From: Pseudomonadota bacterium
GTDB taxonomy: Bacteria; Pseudomonadota; Gammaproteobacteria; Burkholderiales; Rhodocyclaceae
Assembly: GCA_018262285.1 (NCBI GenBank)
Contig: JAGTRX010000096.1
Span: 1 to 15,725, forward strand
Length of the DNA: 15,725 nucleotides
Direction: 5' to 3'
Shown: in pieces, positions 1 to 9,256 of the stretch
How the letters are laid out: every line of letters starts with the position of its first letter
Numbering within the stretch: position 1 is the stretch's first letter
Translations under genes and position numbers: made by a program
The notes under the pieces: generated by a model
What the model saw: the letters and a program-made list of their open reading frames with translations, nothing else
The model's database searches: none
What the model was told of the DNA's origin: nothing

Positions 1-462
1 CAGCCGATCAAGGGCATGAACGAGACCTTCCGCCAGACCTTTTTGTCCGCCATCAGCCCGGCCTGGCTGGAAAGAATGTTTGGCGGCGGCTGGGCAGACT
101 CCGCCCTTGATCCGGCCCTTTCAATCGATCATCAATTCAAGGCCTTCACCGGCATTGGCGCTTTGGGTGCCATGAGCTCGCCGCTCTGCGACGCCAACCA
201 TGTGCTCTACATGGCGCGTGCTGCCGCTATCTACAATGCCAAGCCGAAAATTGGTCAAGCCAGGGCAAAATTCCTGTTCATCCCGGCCGAATCCGACTTG
301 CTGTCGCTGCCATCGTGTTCGGAAGAAGCGGTCAAGACCATCCGTGCTGCCGGCGGCCGCGCCGAACTGTTCACCTTGAAGGGCGATGGCGGCCACTTCG
401 ACGGGCTTAACCTGATCGACCAAGCGCGCGAGGTTATCCAGAACTTCCTGGCGACAGACTGA
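1..462 (+). CDS. 3' part of an alpha/beta-hydrolase-fold protein (MetX/homoserine-acyltransferase-like C-terminus); the 5' end lies outside the window
   Basis: The reading frame is open from base 1, in frame with the ATG at 16, to TGA at 460-462. C-terminal motifs DANHVLYMARAAAIY...KFLFIPAESDLL...GDGGHFDGL resemble the acyltransferase/alpha-beta hydrolase catalytic-His region. A hairpin plus T-run follows. Confidence 0.65.
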   Translation, partial: QPIKGMNETFRQTFLSAISPAWLERMFGGGWADSALDPALSIDHQFKAFTGIGALGAMSSPLCDANHVLYMARAAAIYNAKPKIGQARAKFLFIPAESDLLSLPSCSEEAVKTIRAAGGRAELFTLKGDGGHFDGLNLIDQAREVIQNFLATD

Positions 463-483
463 AATTTATCGCAAAAATTCGTC

Positions 484-520
484 ACACCGGCGAAAGCCGG
501 TGTCCAGTTCGTTGTTTTTC
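484..520. terminator. Bidirectional rho-independent terminator serving the convergent genes at 1-462 and 574-1377
   Basis: ACACCGGC-GAAA-GCCGGTGT forms an 8-bp stem at 484-503. GTTGTTTTTCT follows on the + strand, and AATTTTTGCGA follows on the - strand. Confidence 0.6.
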
Positions 521-523
521 TGG

Positions 524-543
524 ATTCCGGCTTTCGCCGGAAT
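524..543. repeat. Second hairpin whose core is the exact reverse complement of the terminator stem
   Basis: ATTCCGGC-TTTC-GCCGGAAT at 524-543. CCGGCTTTCGCCGG is the reverse complement of CCGGCGAAAGCCGG at 487-500. Confidence 0.5.
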
Positions 544-573
544 GACGCCCCTGGAAATGGCTGACGTGCCCTA

Positions 574-1377
574 TCAACTCTTGTTGCGCTGCAGAAAATC
601 CGCCAGCAGTTTGTTGAGGCTGGCGGGATCTTCGACCACGACGGCGTGACCGGAACCCGGCACGACGTGATACTCGGATTGCCTGATTTCGCGATGCATG
701 ATTTCGCTGTAGCGCGGCGGTTTGATGATGTCTTTCTCGGCCGCGATAATCAGGGTCGGGCAGCTGATTTCCTTCAGGCGCGCCGTGCAGTCGAGTTGTA
801 CGAAGGCATCGACCAGGCGGGCAAAGGCATGGAGGAAGTCTTTGGAAATATGGGCAAATTCCAGGCTGCGTGCTTCCAGAAAATCGCGCTGCCGCGCCAG
901 AAATTCGGCCGAGTAGCTCCAGGGCAGCAAGGATTTGTAGAAGGCAACGGCATCGCCGCTGCGCGCCACCGCCGCCCAGGATTCGACCGCTGATCTGAGC
1001 AGGGCGTCCATTTCGCTGACGCCGGTGATCATGGTCAGTGATTGGGTGCGCTGCGGATGGGTGAAAGCAAAAAATGCCGCCACTTCGGAGCCATAGGAGG
1101 TGCCGATCAGATGTGCCTTGTCGACACCGAGCGCATCAAGCAGCGCCAGCGTATCCGCCACATGCGCATCGAACGAGTAGGGCTCTTCCGGCTTGTCGCT
1201 CATCAACTGACCGCGAAAATCATGGCAAAGGCAGCGATACTGTGGCGAAAAATGATCGGCCATCGGCTTCCACAAAGAAGCCGTCATTCCGATGCCGTTG
1301 AGAAAAACCAGCGTGTCCGTGCCCTCGCCCTGCAGCTCGTAATAGAGCCCCACGTCACCTACGTTGATTTTCGGCAT
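574..1377 (-). CDS. Alpha/beta-fold hydrolase (esterase/lactonase-like)
   Basis: GTSYG nucleophile elbow, HGxP-like LVFLNGIGM oxyanion region, and a C-terminal GSGHAVVVEDP catalytic-His motif. An AGGAGG RBS lies 6 nt upstream of the ATG at 1377. The six-frame ORF extends to 1434, but that upstream stretch has no RBS and is unconvincing. Confidence 0.85.
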   Translation of the reverse strand: MPKINVGDVGLYYELQGEGTDTLVFLNGIGMTASLWKPMADHFSPQYRCLCHDFRGQLMSDKPEEPYSFDAHVADTLALLDALGVDKAHLIGTSYGSEVAAFFAFTHPQRTQSLTMITGVSEMDALLRSAVESWAAVARSGDAVAFYKSLLPWSYSAEFLARQRDFLEARSLEFAHISKDFLHAFARLVDAFVQLDCTARLKEISCPTLIIAAEKDIIKPPRYSEIMHREIRQSEYHVVPGSGHAVVVEDPASLNKLLADFLQRNKS

Positions 1378-1437
1378 GTGTCCTCCTGTTGAACCTGGAA
1401 AAAGCAACTTGATTAGAAAGGAACGCCGGCTCACCTA

Positions 1438-1605
1438 TGAATGCCGTCATTGCGAGCAAAGCGAAGTAATCTCATATCAGTATTAAAGATTGCCGCGAGC
1501 CTATCGGCTCTCGCAATGACAAGTTTTCGGGTTTTGCCATTGCAAACGCACGGTGTGCTCTTGGCAATAACAATGCGACTTTTCCGCGCCCTTCGCGGCG
1601 AACTG
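1438..1605. promoter_or_regulatory. Repeat-dense, structured intergenic region. It probably holds the promoter/operator of the hydrolase gene and the 3' end or terminator of the upstream minus-strand operon.
   Basis: Perfect 11-bp inverted repeat GTCATTGCGAG (1446-1456) / CTCGCAATGAC (1510-1520). Nested GAGCC-TATC-GGCTC hairpin (1497-1510). TTGCCATTGCAA (1534-1545). CCGCG-CCCTT-CGCGG hairpin (1586-1600) immediately 3' of the stop of the 78-aa gene. Confidence 0.35.
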
Positions 1606-1607
1606 GA

Positions 1608-1844
1608 TTACAGCAACTTCTTGACCTCGGCGACTTTGGCCTGCATCGCCGGCGTCAGTTCGGAAGGTGTCAGTTTGCTGATAATGCTGGACAGCACGCG
1701 TTTTTCATTGGCATCGACAATGCCATCACGCAGGGCGATATCGACGATGGATTGCAGTTCGTCGGGCAGTAGCTTGCCGTCGTTGGTAAAGCAGTCGATG
1801 GAGCGGAAGCTCATTTCCAGATAATCACGGCTGTCTTTATTCAT
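1608..1844 (-). CDS. Small acidic protein of 78 aa, translationally coupled to the giant ATPase gene
   Basis: The ATG at 1844 is preceded by GGAG (AAAAAAGGAGAAACAAATG). The ATG overlaps the giant gene's stop as ATGAATAA. The product reads MNKDSRDYLEMSFRSIDCFTNDGKLLPDELQSIVDIALRDGIVDANEKRVL.... The longer 99-aa ORF start is out-of-context Pro-rich junk. Confidence 0.6.
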   Translation of the reverse strand: MNKDSRDYLEMSFRSIDCFTNDGKLLPDELQSIVDIALRDGIVDANEKRVLSSIISKLTPSELTPAMQAKVAEVKKLL

Positions 1845-4800
1845 TTGTTTCTCCTTTTTTCCTGGGTTTGGGTACGGATTGTTGGGCGGCGGCGGGCAGA
1901 CTGCCATCCAGTTTTTTCAGTTCTTTGGCGATTTCGCGCACCTGATCCCAGATGCTGTGGTCGAGGCGCAGCTTGTGATAGTTTGCAGTAACCAGCGGTG
2001 CGATGCCTTGTTCGTAGGTTTCGGCCATGCGTTTGACGGCAGCGGCGAGCGCTTCCGATTCCGGTACGGCAACGTTGACTTCGGTTTTCAGGCCAGACAG
2101 AGCCTTGCGCAAGGCCTTGAGTTCGCTTTCCCAGTCCGGGCCGGCGGGTGGCGGTGCAGGTGGCACTTTCTGCTGCTGCAGCATGGCATCGAGGGTAACG
2201 CTGATGTCGGCCAGCAGTTTGGCCACCTTGGTGGCGCCGTCGCCTTCGGCACCGCCGAATTTTTTCAGCCGCCGATAGTCGTCGCAGATGGTGGTCCAGC
2301 GTGCCTGTTCCTCGGCTGTCGGGCGGCCGATCAGCGCGGCCAGGCGCAGCAGATTTTCCTCGGCGCCTGCCGTCAGCGTCTGCGCCTCGCCGCGGTAGTG
2401 ATCACGCATTAGCGCGTCGAGGTCGTCAGCGTTCATCAGGGCATTGACCTTGGCCGCCAGCTTGGCCATGTTGCGGTAACTGCCCTGCAGCTTGAAGGGC
2501 GGCTCGGTGCGGTAGGCGTCGTCCTGCGCAGCCGAGGCGATGTAGGCGGCGTTGACCTTCAGCAGTACGTCGCGCACCTTGAACAGGCGCTGCAGGATGG
2601 CGGTCAATTCGTTCAGTTCGGCAGCGCTGTACTGGTATGAGAAGGCATCCATCGCCACTTCCTCGCCGGCAGCTACCCGCACCAGCAGGCCGACATCCTT
2701 GGGGTCGCGTGTCGCTAGTGGCATCAGCGCTGGGTTGGAGGTCAGGCTGTTTTCGAGGTAGGAGAGGGCGAACAGCGCTTCGCGGCCGGAAAGGACATCA
2801 CCGAGGTTGTAGATGTCGGCACGGTTGGCCAGCATGTCCGGAATCTTGAAGACTTCGCCCGATTCGGTGTACGGGTTGCCGGCCATGACCACAGCGAAGC
2901 GTTTGCCGCGCAGGTCATAGGTTTTCGGCTGGCCCTGCCAGACGCCTTCGATGCGGCGGGTGCCGTCGCACAGCGCGATGAATTTCTGCAGGAATTCCGG
3001 GTTGGTGTGCTGGATGTCGTCAAGATAGAGCATGACATTGTTGCCCATCGCCAGCCCGAGGTTTAGCTTTTCGAGTTCCTGCGCGGCGGCGCTGTGCGGT
3101 GCCTTGCCGGGGTCGAGGGCGGTGACTTCGTGGCCGAGGGCAGGGCAGTTGATGCGCACGAACACCAGCCCGAGACGGTCGGCTAGATATTCCATCAAGG
3201 TGGTCTTGCCGTAGCCCGGCGGCGAAATGAGCAGCAGCATGCCCATGCGGTCGGTGCGGCTGTTTTCGCCGGCGGTGCCGATCTGCTTGGCGAGGTTGTC
3301 GCCAACCAGCGGCAGGTAGACGTCGTTGATGAGCTGGTTGCGCACGAAGCTGGACAGTGGCTTGGCCTGGAACTGCTCCAGGTGCAGGCGGGCTTTTTCC
3401 TCTTCCAGCAGGCGCTGGCGCAGGGCCTGCCAGCGCTGGAAGCCGGGGACGATATTCTGGCAATGGGCCTGGAAGCGCTGGTGGAAGTCGTTGAGATTGA
3501 GCCACAGACCACCGTCGACCAGACGCGGATGCTCGCCGCGCAAGCCTTGCAGCTTGAGGCCGAGACGGGCGTTAAGGCGCTGGCGCGGCAGGTTGAGGGT
3601 GAGCAGGGCGGCGGCTTCGTCGATCCAGTCGGCTTGCTCGGGTTCTTGCTGTGCGACATAGGCGTGCATCCAGTCGCGGGCCAGACGCCAGCACACCAGC
3701 GGCACGCAGTCGGCCAGTTGCTCGCGCCAACTGCTCAGCTTGCCCTGACGCTCCAGCGTACGGGAAAAGCCGTCAGCCAGATCGAGGGCGGCGCCGCTGG
3801 CGATCCAGGTGGCGTTGCCGGCTGCCTTGTGGGCCAGTTCCTCGGCCAGATAGGCGGCGGCTTCGCCAGCCAGTTCGGGGCCGACGCCCCAGAGTTCGAG
3901 CAGGCCTTCGCGCTGCCCGAAGGTGAGCAGCCAAGCTTGCCATTTGGCAATCAGGGTCTGGCGTGCTTCTTCGCTGCCGAACAATTTGCGGATCTGGGCG
4001 GCACTGGCGGCCTGACGCTGCAGGTTGGGACGTTCGATGGCCGGCACGCCTTGCTGCCAGTAGAGCATGGCCAAAGCACGGGCACGCGGCCCGTAGCGCA
4101 GCAGCGCCGCTTCGGCTTCCATGCGCAGCAAGGCCTGCAGCAGCGTGGCAGCATCATGGTCGTGAACGCCTTTTTGGTAACCTTCCTGATAGCGCGGTGC
4201 CGCAAAGCTGCGCACCTGCGTAAGCAGGGCTTCGGTCAGAGATTCAGTTTCGCTTTCTGCCAGCATGGCTTGCAAGGCATTCCATTCTTCGCGATTGGCC
4301 AGCGCTGATTCGAGCATGCGGCCGGCCAGATATTCGGCGCGGTAGAGATTGGGGCTTTCTGACACCAGCGCCTGCGACCAGAAAGCGCGTAGCGGTTCGG
4401 TATCGGGATGCGACAGCGGTTGCAGGTAGTCGGTGCCGGTCAGGTGCCAGTTCAGCCCCTGTTCGCTCGGCACCATGGTCAGATCGAGCGCCTGTTTGCC
4501 GATGGTAAACGCGTGGCGGCCGAGGCGAATGGAGTTGCCATCTTCCGCCACCATGTCTCCACGGTCACGCACCAGACGCAGGGCCTGATCGCGGGCGGTC
4601 TTCAACTGGGTGTCGAGATCGTCGGCCAGCACCTGGGCGCCGATGCCGCGCAATTCCTCAATCAGGCTGCGGCATTTGGCGATCAGCGCGTCACCGGCAA
4701 AATAGGCGTGCACTTCGCTGACTTCGCGGAATCCCTGCACCCGGCGCGGCACGCCGGTGAGGATGCGTTTGGCCGATTCGGCCAGATTTTGCTGGCGGCG

Positions 4801-7007
4801 CTGGCGAACTTCCAGCAATTGCTGTTTGCGGGCGGCCAGCGCTTCGTAAACGGCTTCGCGCTTTTCGGCCAGATCGGCGGCAAAGCGCTCGTCCTCGCCG
4901 AAACGGCCTTCCAGTTCCTCGATTTGCGCCAGCAGGCGGGTTAGCGCGTCGTCGCACTGGTCGGGGGTATCGGTGCGTTCCAGGGCGCTTTCGACCGCCT
5001 GGCCGAAGAGCTTGAACTGGGCGCCAAATTCCGCCCCCAGTTCCTGGGTGGACAGGCTCTTGCGCCGGTTCTTGGCGGCAGCGCGCAGGCGATTGACTTC
5101 GGCATAGACCGTCGACACCTGTTCGAGGATGGTGGTGCGGGCAACAGCATCGCCACCAGGCAGGCCACCGACCAGCTCGTTCAACAGATCAAGTCCGGCG
5201 CCGGTCTGGTCGAGCGCCTTTAGTGCCGTATCAAGGGCGGCGGTCTGGCTGGCCTTGTCGATGTCGGCGGCGGTTTTGGCCAGCGCCTCGTGATAGGGCA
5301 CGAAGGCTTTTTCGGTACCGAGGAAGCCAAGCGCCTTTTCGCCGATGCGGGTCTGTTCCTCGCCCAGTTGCGCATCGAGGGTGGCGATGCGGGCGCTGTC
5401 GATGTAGCGCTGTTCCTTCAGCGCCAGCAGGTTGCCGCGCTGGCGGCGCAGACGATCAAGGGCATCGACGAAATCCTGCGGGTGTTGCCAGAGCTTGCTG
5501 GCGATGTCGGTGAGCAGGACGCGCTGGGCAGCTTCGGCCTGTTCGAGTTGGCGGGCAGCATCGCGGCGGATGGCAGCAACCTTGTCGAATTCGTCGAGCG
5601 TGGCGCGCGCCGTGTCGATGATGGTTTGCACCGCCTGATTGGCATGGCCGGATTCATCGCAGTCCAGCCAGTAATAGGCGTCAAGAATGCGGCCACAGAG
5701 GCGGATGAGGTCTTCGTAAACGACGCGGGTGGCGACCTGTTCGCGCACGGCGCGGCAGATTTCCATCATGTCGGCAACGCCGCGCACCAGTTCGGCATTG
5801 CCGATGCGGCCAAAGAAACTGTGCTGATCGACCTGCTGATTGGCGTGGTCGTCCTCGCAGAACGGTGTCTGCCACAACTGCATCGGGTGATTGCGCGTCG
5901 GGTCGCTGTTTGCGCGTAGAAGACGTAGAGCACATCTTCGCCGTTGGGCGAGCGCACCGAGCGCTTGAAGCGAAAGCCGGCATCGGTATCGGCGGGCATG
6001 TCGAAGCGCTTGTTTTCGCCGGATTGCAGGTAATAGCCACCGGGGAAAATGATGCCGTGGTCTTCCGGCAATTGCACGCAGGAGCGACCGATGGCGTCGA
6101 TGCGGGCGACCTGCTGGGTGCGGTGGTTGTAGACCAGATAGCGGTAGTCGTCTTCGCGGTAAGGCTTGATCTTGAGCAGGATGAGCGAGCCGAGTTTGAC
6201 GTACTGGATATCGGCATCCACCAGCGCCTGATTCTGGTCGACCACCGGCTCGCTGTAGATGCCCAGTCCGCTTTCGGTATTGTTCTCGATCTTGACGGTG
6301 AGATCGCCGCCCACCGTTTCGACGAAGATGGTGTCGAGAATATTGACGTGCGGACACTTGCCATTGACGTGCTCGTCGCGGCCGGTGACGACCCATTCGA
6401 AATCGTGCGTCGGCGGCAGGGCAATGTCGCGCTCGCCGCGATTGTCGATGTATTTGACGCTGCCGTCGTTTTCAATCGACCAGCGGAAAACACGCAGATC
6501 GTTGACGGTTTGGCCGATCTGGAAGGCGGCCAGCAGTTTCTGTTGATTGACGCGTAGCCTTACCAGGCTGGCGTGCTTGTAGTAGGTATAGAGTTCGCGG
6601 AAATCGAGGACGAAGCGTGGGTCGGTCAGGAAGCTATTAGCCGGGTCGGCGGGCACCAGTTCATCGGCGCCCTCCGCCTCGTTGAGGCGATAGAGGCCGA
6701 AGACATCGGCAACCTGAATGTCTTTGCGCAGGCCGATAAAGACGTTGTAGCCGAACAGCAGGGTATCGCCGACGCGGACGATGTCGCGGGCCACGCAGTT
6801 GTTTTCGGTGCGGGCTCGCAGGCGGGCCTTGAGGCGCAGGTCGGACTTGCCGAAGGCGCCAATGCGCGCTTCGTTCAATGCCTGCACCTTGCCGACCAGC
6901 GCTTCGCCGTGCTGCATCAGGCGGCGTTTCAGCAGATCGTAACTGCCGCCCTCGGCGATGGCGGCGTCGATGTTGTTGGTGTCGTCAGTGGATACAGTGG
7001 TGTTCAT
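1837..7007 (-). CDS. Giant (~1,720 aa) multidomain protein with a MoxR/dynein-type AAA_5 ATPase. It is disrupted by an apparent 1-nt frameshift near 5895-5910, and the six-frame track splits it into ORFs 5766-7007 and 1837-6396.
   Basis: N-terminal ~370 aa are mixed and beta-rich (MNTTVSTDD...GEDVLYVFYAQ). A long alpha-helical/coiled-coil middle follows. Walker A reads LLLISPPGYGKTT. Walker B/sensor reads VMLYLDDIQHTNPEFLQKF...FAVVMAGNPYTESGEVFKIPDMLANRADI, as in AAA_5 (LLLDEINRA...ATMNP). A C-terminal helical tail ends in KPRKKGETNE. The in-frame protein sense switches from frame A to frame B between YVFYAQ and NHPMQLWQTPFCEDD. Confidence 0.75.
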
Positions 7008-7048
7008 GGAGCTTTATCCTGAAACAAAGCGAACTTGTCGGGTGGGTC

Positions 7049-7076
7049 AAGCCCGGCCGGAGCCGGGCTTTTGCCT
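7049..7076. other. Stable 9-bp GC stem-loop between the flotillin and giant-ATPase genes
   Basis: AAGCCCGGC-CGGA-GCCGGGCTT at 7049-7070, followed on the + strand by TTTGCCTTT. In the sense (minus) orientation no U-tract follows it. Confidence 0.4.
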
Positions 7077-9176
7077 TTAGCTATGCTTCGTAATCAGTTT
7101 TTGCAGGGCGGCGCGTTGCTCTTCGCTGCCGTCTTTCATCACCTTGGCGATCAGTGCGGAAACGCCCAGATTCTGCATTTCCGGTGCTGAGCTGCCGAGG
7201 GCGCCGAGCAGTTCCTTCAGATCGCCGACCATATCGCGTTCACCGGTCAGATGATCCTTCAAGGCCACCTGCAGGGTGTTGCTGCGTGCAATGGCGCCAT
7301 CGATGCCCTTGCCAACCGCCAGCGCATTGACGAAGCGTTCGAAATAGTCGCCCTGGCCGCCGACGATGTCGATGTTGGCATGGCCAAGCGCCGAGGACAG
7401 CACGCCGGCCTGTTCCTTGGCGACGGCGACCTGCGATTCGATGCCCTTCATGGTTTCGACGTGCACGTTCTGAACGCGCATGCGGTATTCCTCGTGCGCC
7501 CGTGTTTCCGGCGCCATGGTGCGCATGGCGTCGAATTTTTCCTTGAGACCGCGCGCTTCGGCCTGCATGCGGGCTTCGATGGCGCTGGCTTCGGCATTGC
7601 CCTGCTTGGCAACGGCCTCGGCGTCGGCAGTCTTGATGTGCACGGTAGCCAGACCGAGTTGCTCGTTACCCTGGGCTTCCGCTTCCAGTTTCTTCAGCAG
7701 GGCTTCGGCTTCGGCAGCGCCCAGCTTGGCGACGGCTTCGGCGTGGGCGATCTTGACGCGGGCGTCGACCAGGCCGGCTTTTTCGCTGGCGTCGGCATTG
7801 GCCAGCTGCACTTTGGCCTGTGCCAGACCGGGCGCGGCGGTAAAGGCTTCGACCCCCTCGGCTTCGCGCTTCTTGGCTTCGGAATCTTTCTCGGCCGCTT
7901 TCAGGCGAGCTTCAGCCAACACCAGATTCTGGCCGGCCTGATGCTTGGCACTGCGTTCGTTGGCCTCGGCCGCCTTCACCTGCAAGACCAGATCGTGTTC
8001 GGCCTGACCCTCGGCTTCGATGACAGACGCCTTGCGATTGCGGTCGGCTTCGGCCACTTTGCGCACTTCCTTGATGGCTTCTTCCTGCTCGGCGACAGTA
8101 CGCTCGACCACGACGCGCTCTCGGATGACGTCGGCGATGGCTTTCTTCTGCACTTCGACTGATTTGTCCTTGTCGATGGTCTGCAGCGTCACTTCCTTTT
8201 CGCGATCAACGATTTCGAGCTGACGGGCGCGGATGACACGCTCTTCCTCGATGGCCACAGCGCGCATACGGTTATTCTCGGCGACCTGCTTCTCGCGCTG
8301 AACATTTTCCTGCTGCACGAGAATGGCCTGTTCAGTCTGCAAGCGTGCCATTTCGGACTTGCCGAATTCTTCGGCCTGGATGCGCTTGGCTTCAGCCTGT
8401 TCGCGCGCCTGCACGGAGGCGATTTCACGTTGCTGGCGGGCCTGGGCTTCAGCCTGCTGGCGTTCGAGTTCGTAGACGGTTTCCTGCGTCTCGACGTCCT
8501 TCTTCTTGATCTGCGCCTGTTCGTCACGCTTCCACTGGTTGGTGCGGATATGTTCGGCGGCGGTCAGTTCGGTGATCTTACGGATGCCTTGGGCATCGAG
8601 AATATTGCTCGGATCAAGATGTTCAAGTTGCGTCTGTTCCAGATAGTCGATGGCGGCGTCTTCCAGCACGTAACCGGAGAGGTTGTCGCCGATCTGCTTG
8701 ATGATTTCATCGCGGAAACGGTCGCGTTCCTGATACAGCTCTTCGAAATCCATCAGCTTGCCGGCGGTTTTCAGGGCTTCCGAGAACTTGGCGGAGAATA
8801 ATTCTTCCAGGGTTTCCGGATGCGAGGCGCGCTCGCAACCGATGGTCTGCGCTACCTTCAGCACGTCCTGCTCGGTCTTGTTGACGTGCACGAAGAACGT
8901 GACCTCGATATCGGCACGGATATTGTCTTTGCAGATCAGGCCATCCTTGCCGGTGCGCTTGATAACAATGGTTTTGATGGAGATGTCCATCATTTCCATC
9001 TTGTGGATGACCGGATAGACCATGCCGCCAGTGAAAGTGACTTCCGGCGCGTCACGCAGGGTGTTGTTGATCATGGCGTGACCCTGTTCCACCTTGTGGT
9101 AGAACTTCGAGAACAGGGCAAAGATGCCAAAGATCAAAATGACTATGGCGACAACAGGGATAAGTAGTAATTCCAT
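7077..9176 (-). CDS. Flotillin-family protein (SPFH/band-7 domain, YqiK-like), 699 aa
   Basis: N-terminal TM helix (LLLIPVVAIVILIFGIFALF), an SPFH domain, then a long Ala/Glu/Lys-rich EA-repeat coiled-coil typical of flotillins. GGGAG RBS upstream. Sits immediately downstream of an NfeD-like gene, as in yqiJK/yuaF-floT. Confidence 0.9.
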   Translation of the reverse strand: MELLLIPVVAIVILIFGIFALFSKFYHKVEQGHAMINNTLRDAPEVTFTGGMVYPVIHKMEMMDISIKTIVIKRTGKDGLICKDNIRADIEVTFFVHVNKTEQDVLKVAQTIGCERASHPETLEELFSAKFSEALKTAGKLMDFEELYQERDRFRDEIIKQIGDNLSGYVLEDAAIDYLEQTQLEHLDPSNILDAQGIRKITELTAAEHIRTNQWKRDEQAQIKKKDVETQETVYELERQQAEAQARQQREIASVQAREQAEAKRIQAEEFGKSEMARLQTEQAILVQQENVQREKQVAENNRMRAVAIEEERVIRARQLEIVDREKEVTLQTIDKDKSVEVQKKAIADVIRERVVVERTVAEQEEAIKEVRKVAEADRNRKASVIEAEGQAEHDLVLQVKAAEANERSAKHQAGQNLVLAEARLKAAEKDSEAKKREAEGVEAFTAAPGLAQAKVQLANADASEKAGLVDARVKIAHAEAVAKLGAAEAEALLKKLEAEAQGNEQLGLATVHIKTADAEAVAKQGNAEASAIEARMQAEARGLKEKFDAMRTMAPETRAHEEYRMRVQNVHVETMKGIESQVAVAKEQAGVLSSALGHANIDIVGGQGDYFERFVNALAVGKGIDGAIARSNTLQVALKDHLTGERDMVGDLKELLGALGSSAPEMQNLGVSALIAKVMKDGSEEQRAALQKLITKHS

Positions 9177-9256
9177 TGCGGGGCTCCCGTGGTTTGATTC
9201 CCGGCGACAGGCCGGAGGCGAAAATAAAAAAGTGGCAGATTGTTATGGCGGGCGAC

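Noticed and set aside
1441-1824. 127-aa plus-strand ORF spanning the repeat-rich intergenic region
   Set aside because: It overlaps the small minus-strand gene antisense and has no RBS. Its product is Ser/Leu-rich and not protein-like.
1608-1907. Longer 99-aa version of the small protein starting MAVCPPPPNNPYPNPG…
   Set aside because: The extension is translated out of frame from the giant gene's C-terminal codons. The internal ATG at 1844 has a proper GGAG RBS and a stop/start overlap.
5681-6493. 270-aa minus-strand ORF, and the N-terminal 1837..6396 extension MGRHRPRRARQ…
   Set aside because: These are alternative frames of the giant gene giving Arg/Ser/Thr/Pro-rich junk. The real frame here is the one giving …FRFKRSVRSPNGEDVLYVFY.
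1879-6557. Many long plus-strand ORFs antisense to the giant gene, for example 3382-4308, 5290-5919, 5865-6557 and 4408-4944
   Set aside because: Their products are Gly/Ala/Arg-rich and low in complexity, as expected for antisense frames of a high-GC gene. The minus-strand frame carries clear ATPase and coiled-coil sequence.
7251-8801. Plus-strand ORFs (303 aa, 153 aa, 123 aa) inside the flotillin gene
   Set aside because: These are antisense reading frames of the Ala/Glu-repeat coiled-coil region, and their products are low in complexity.
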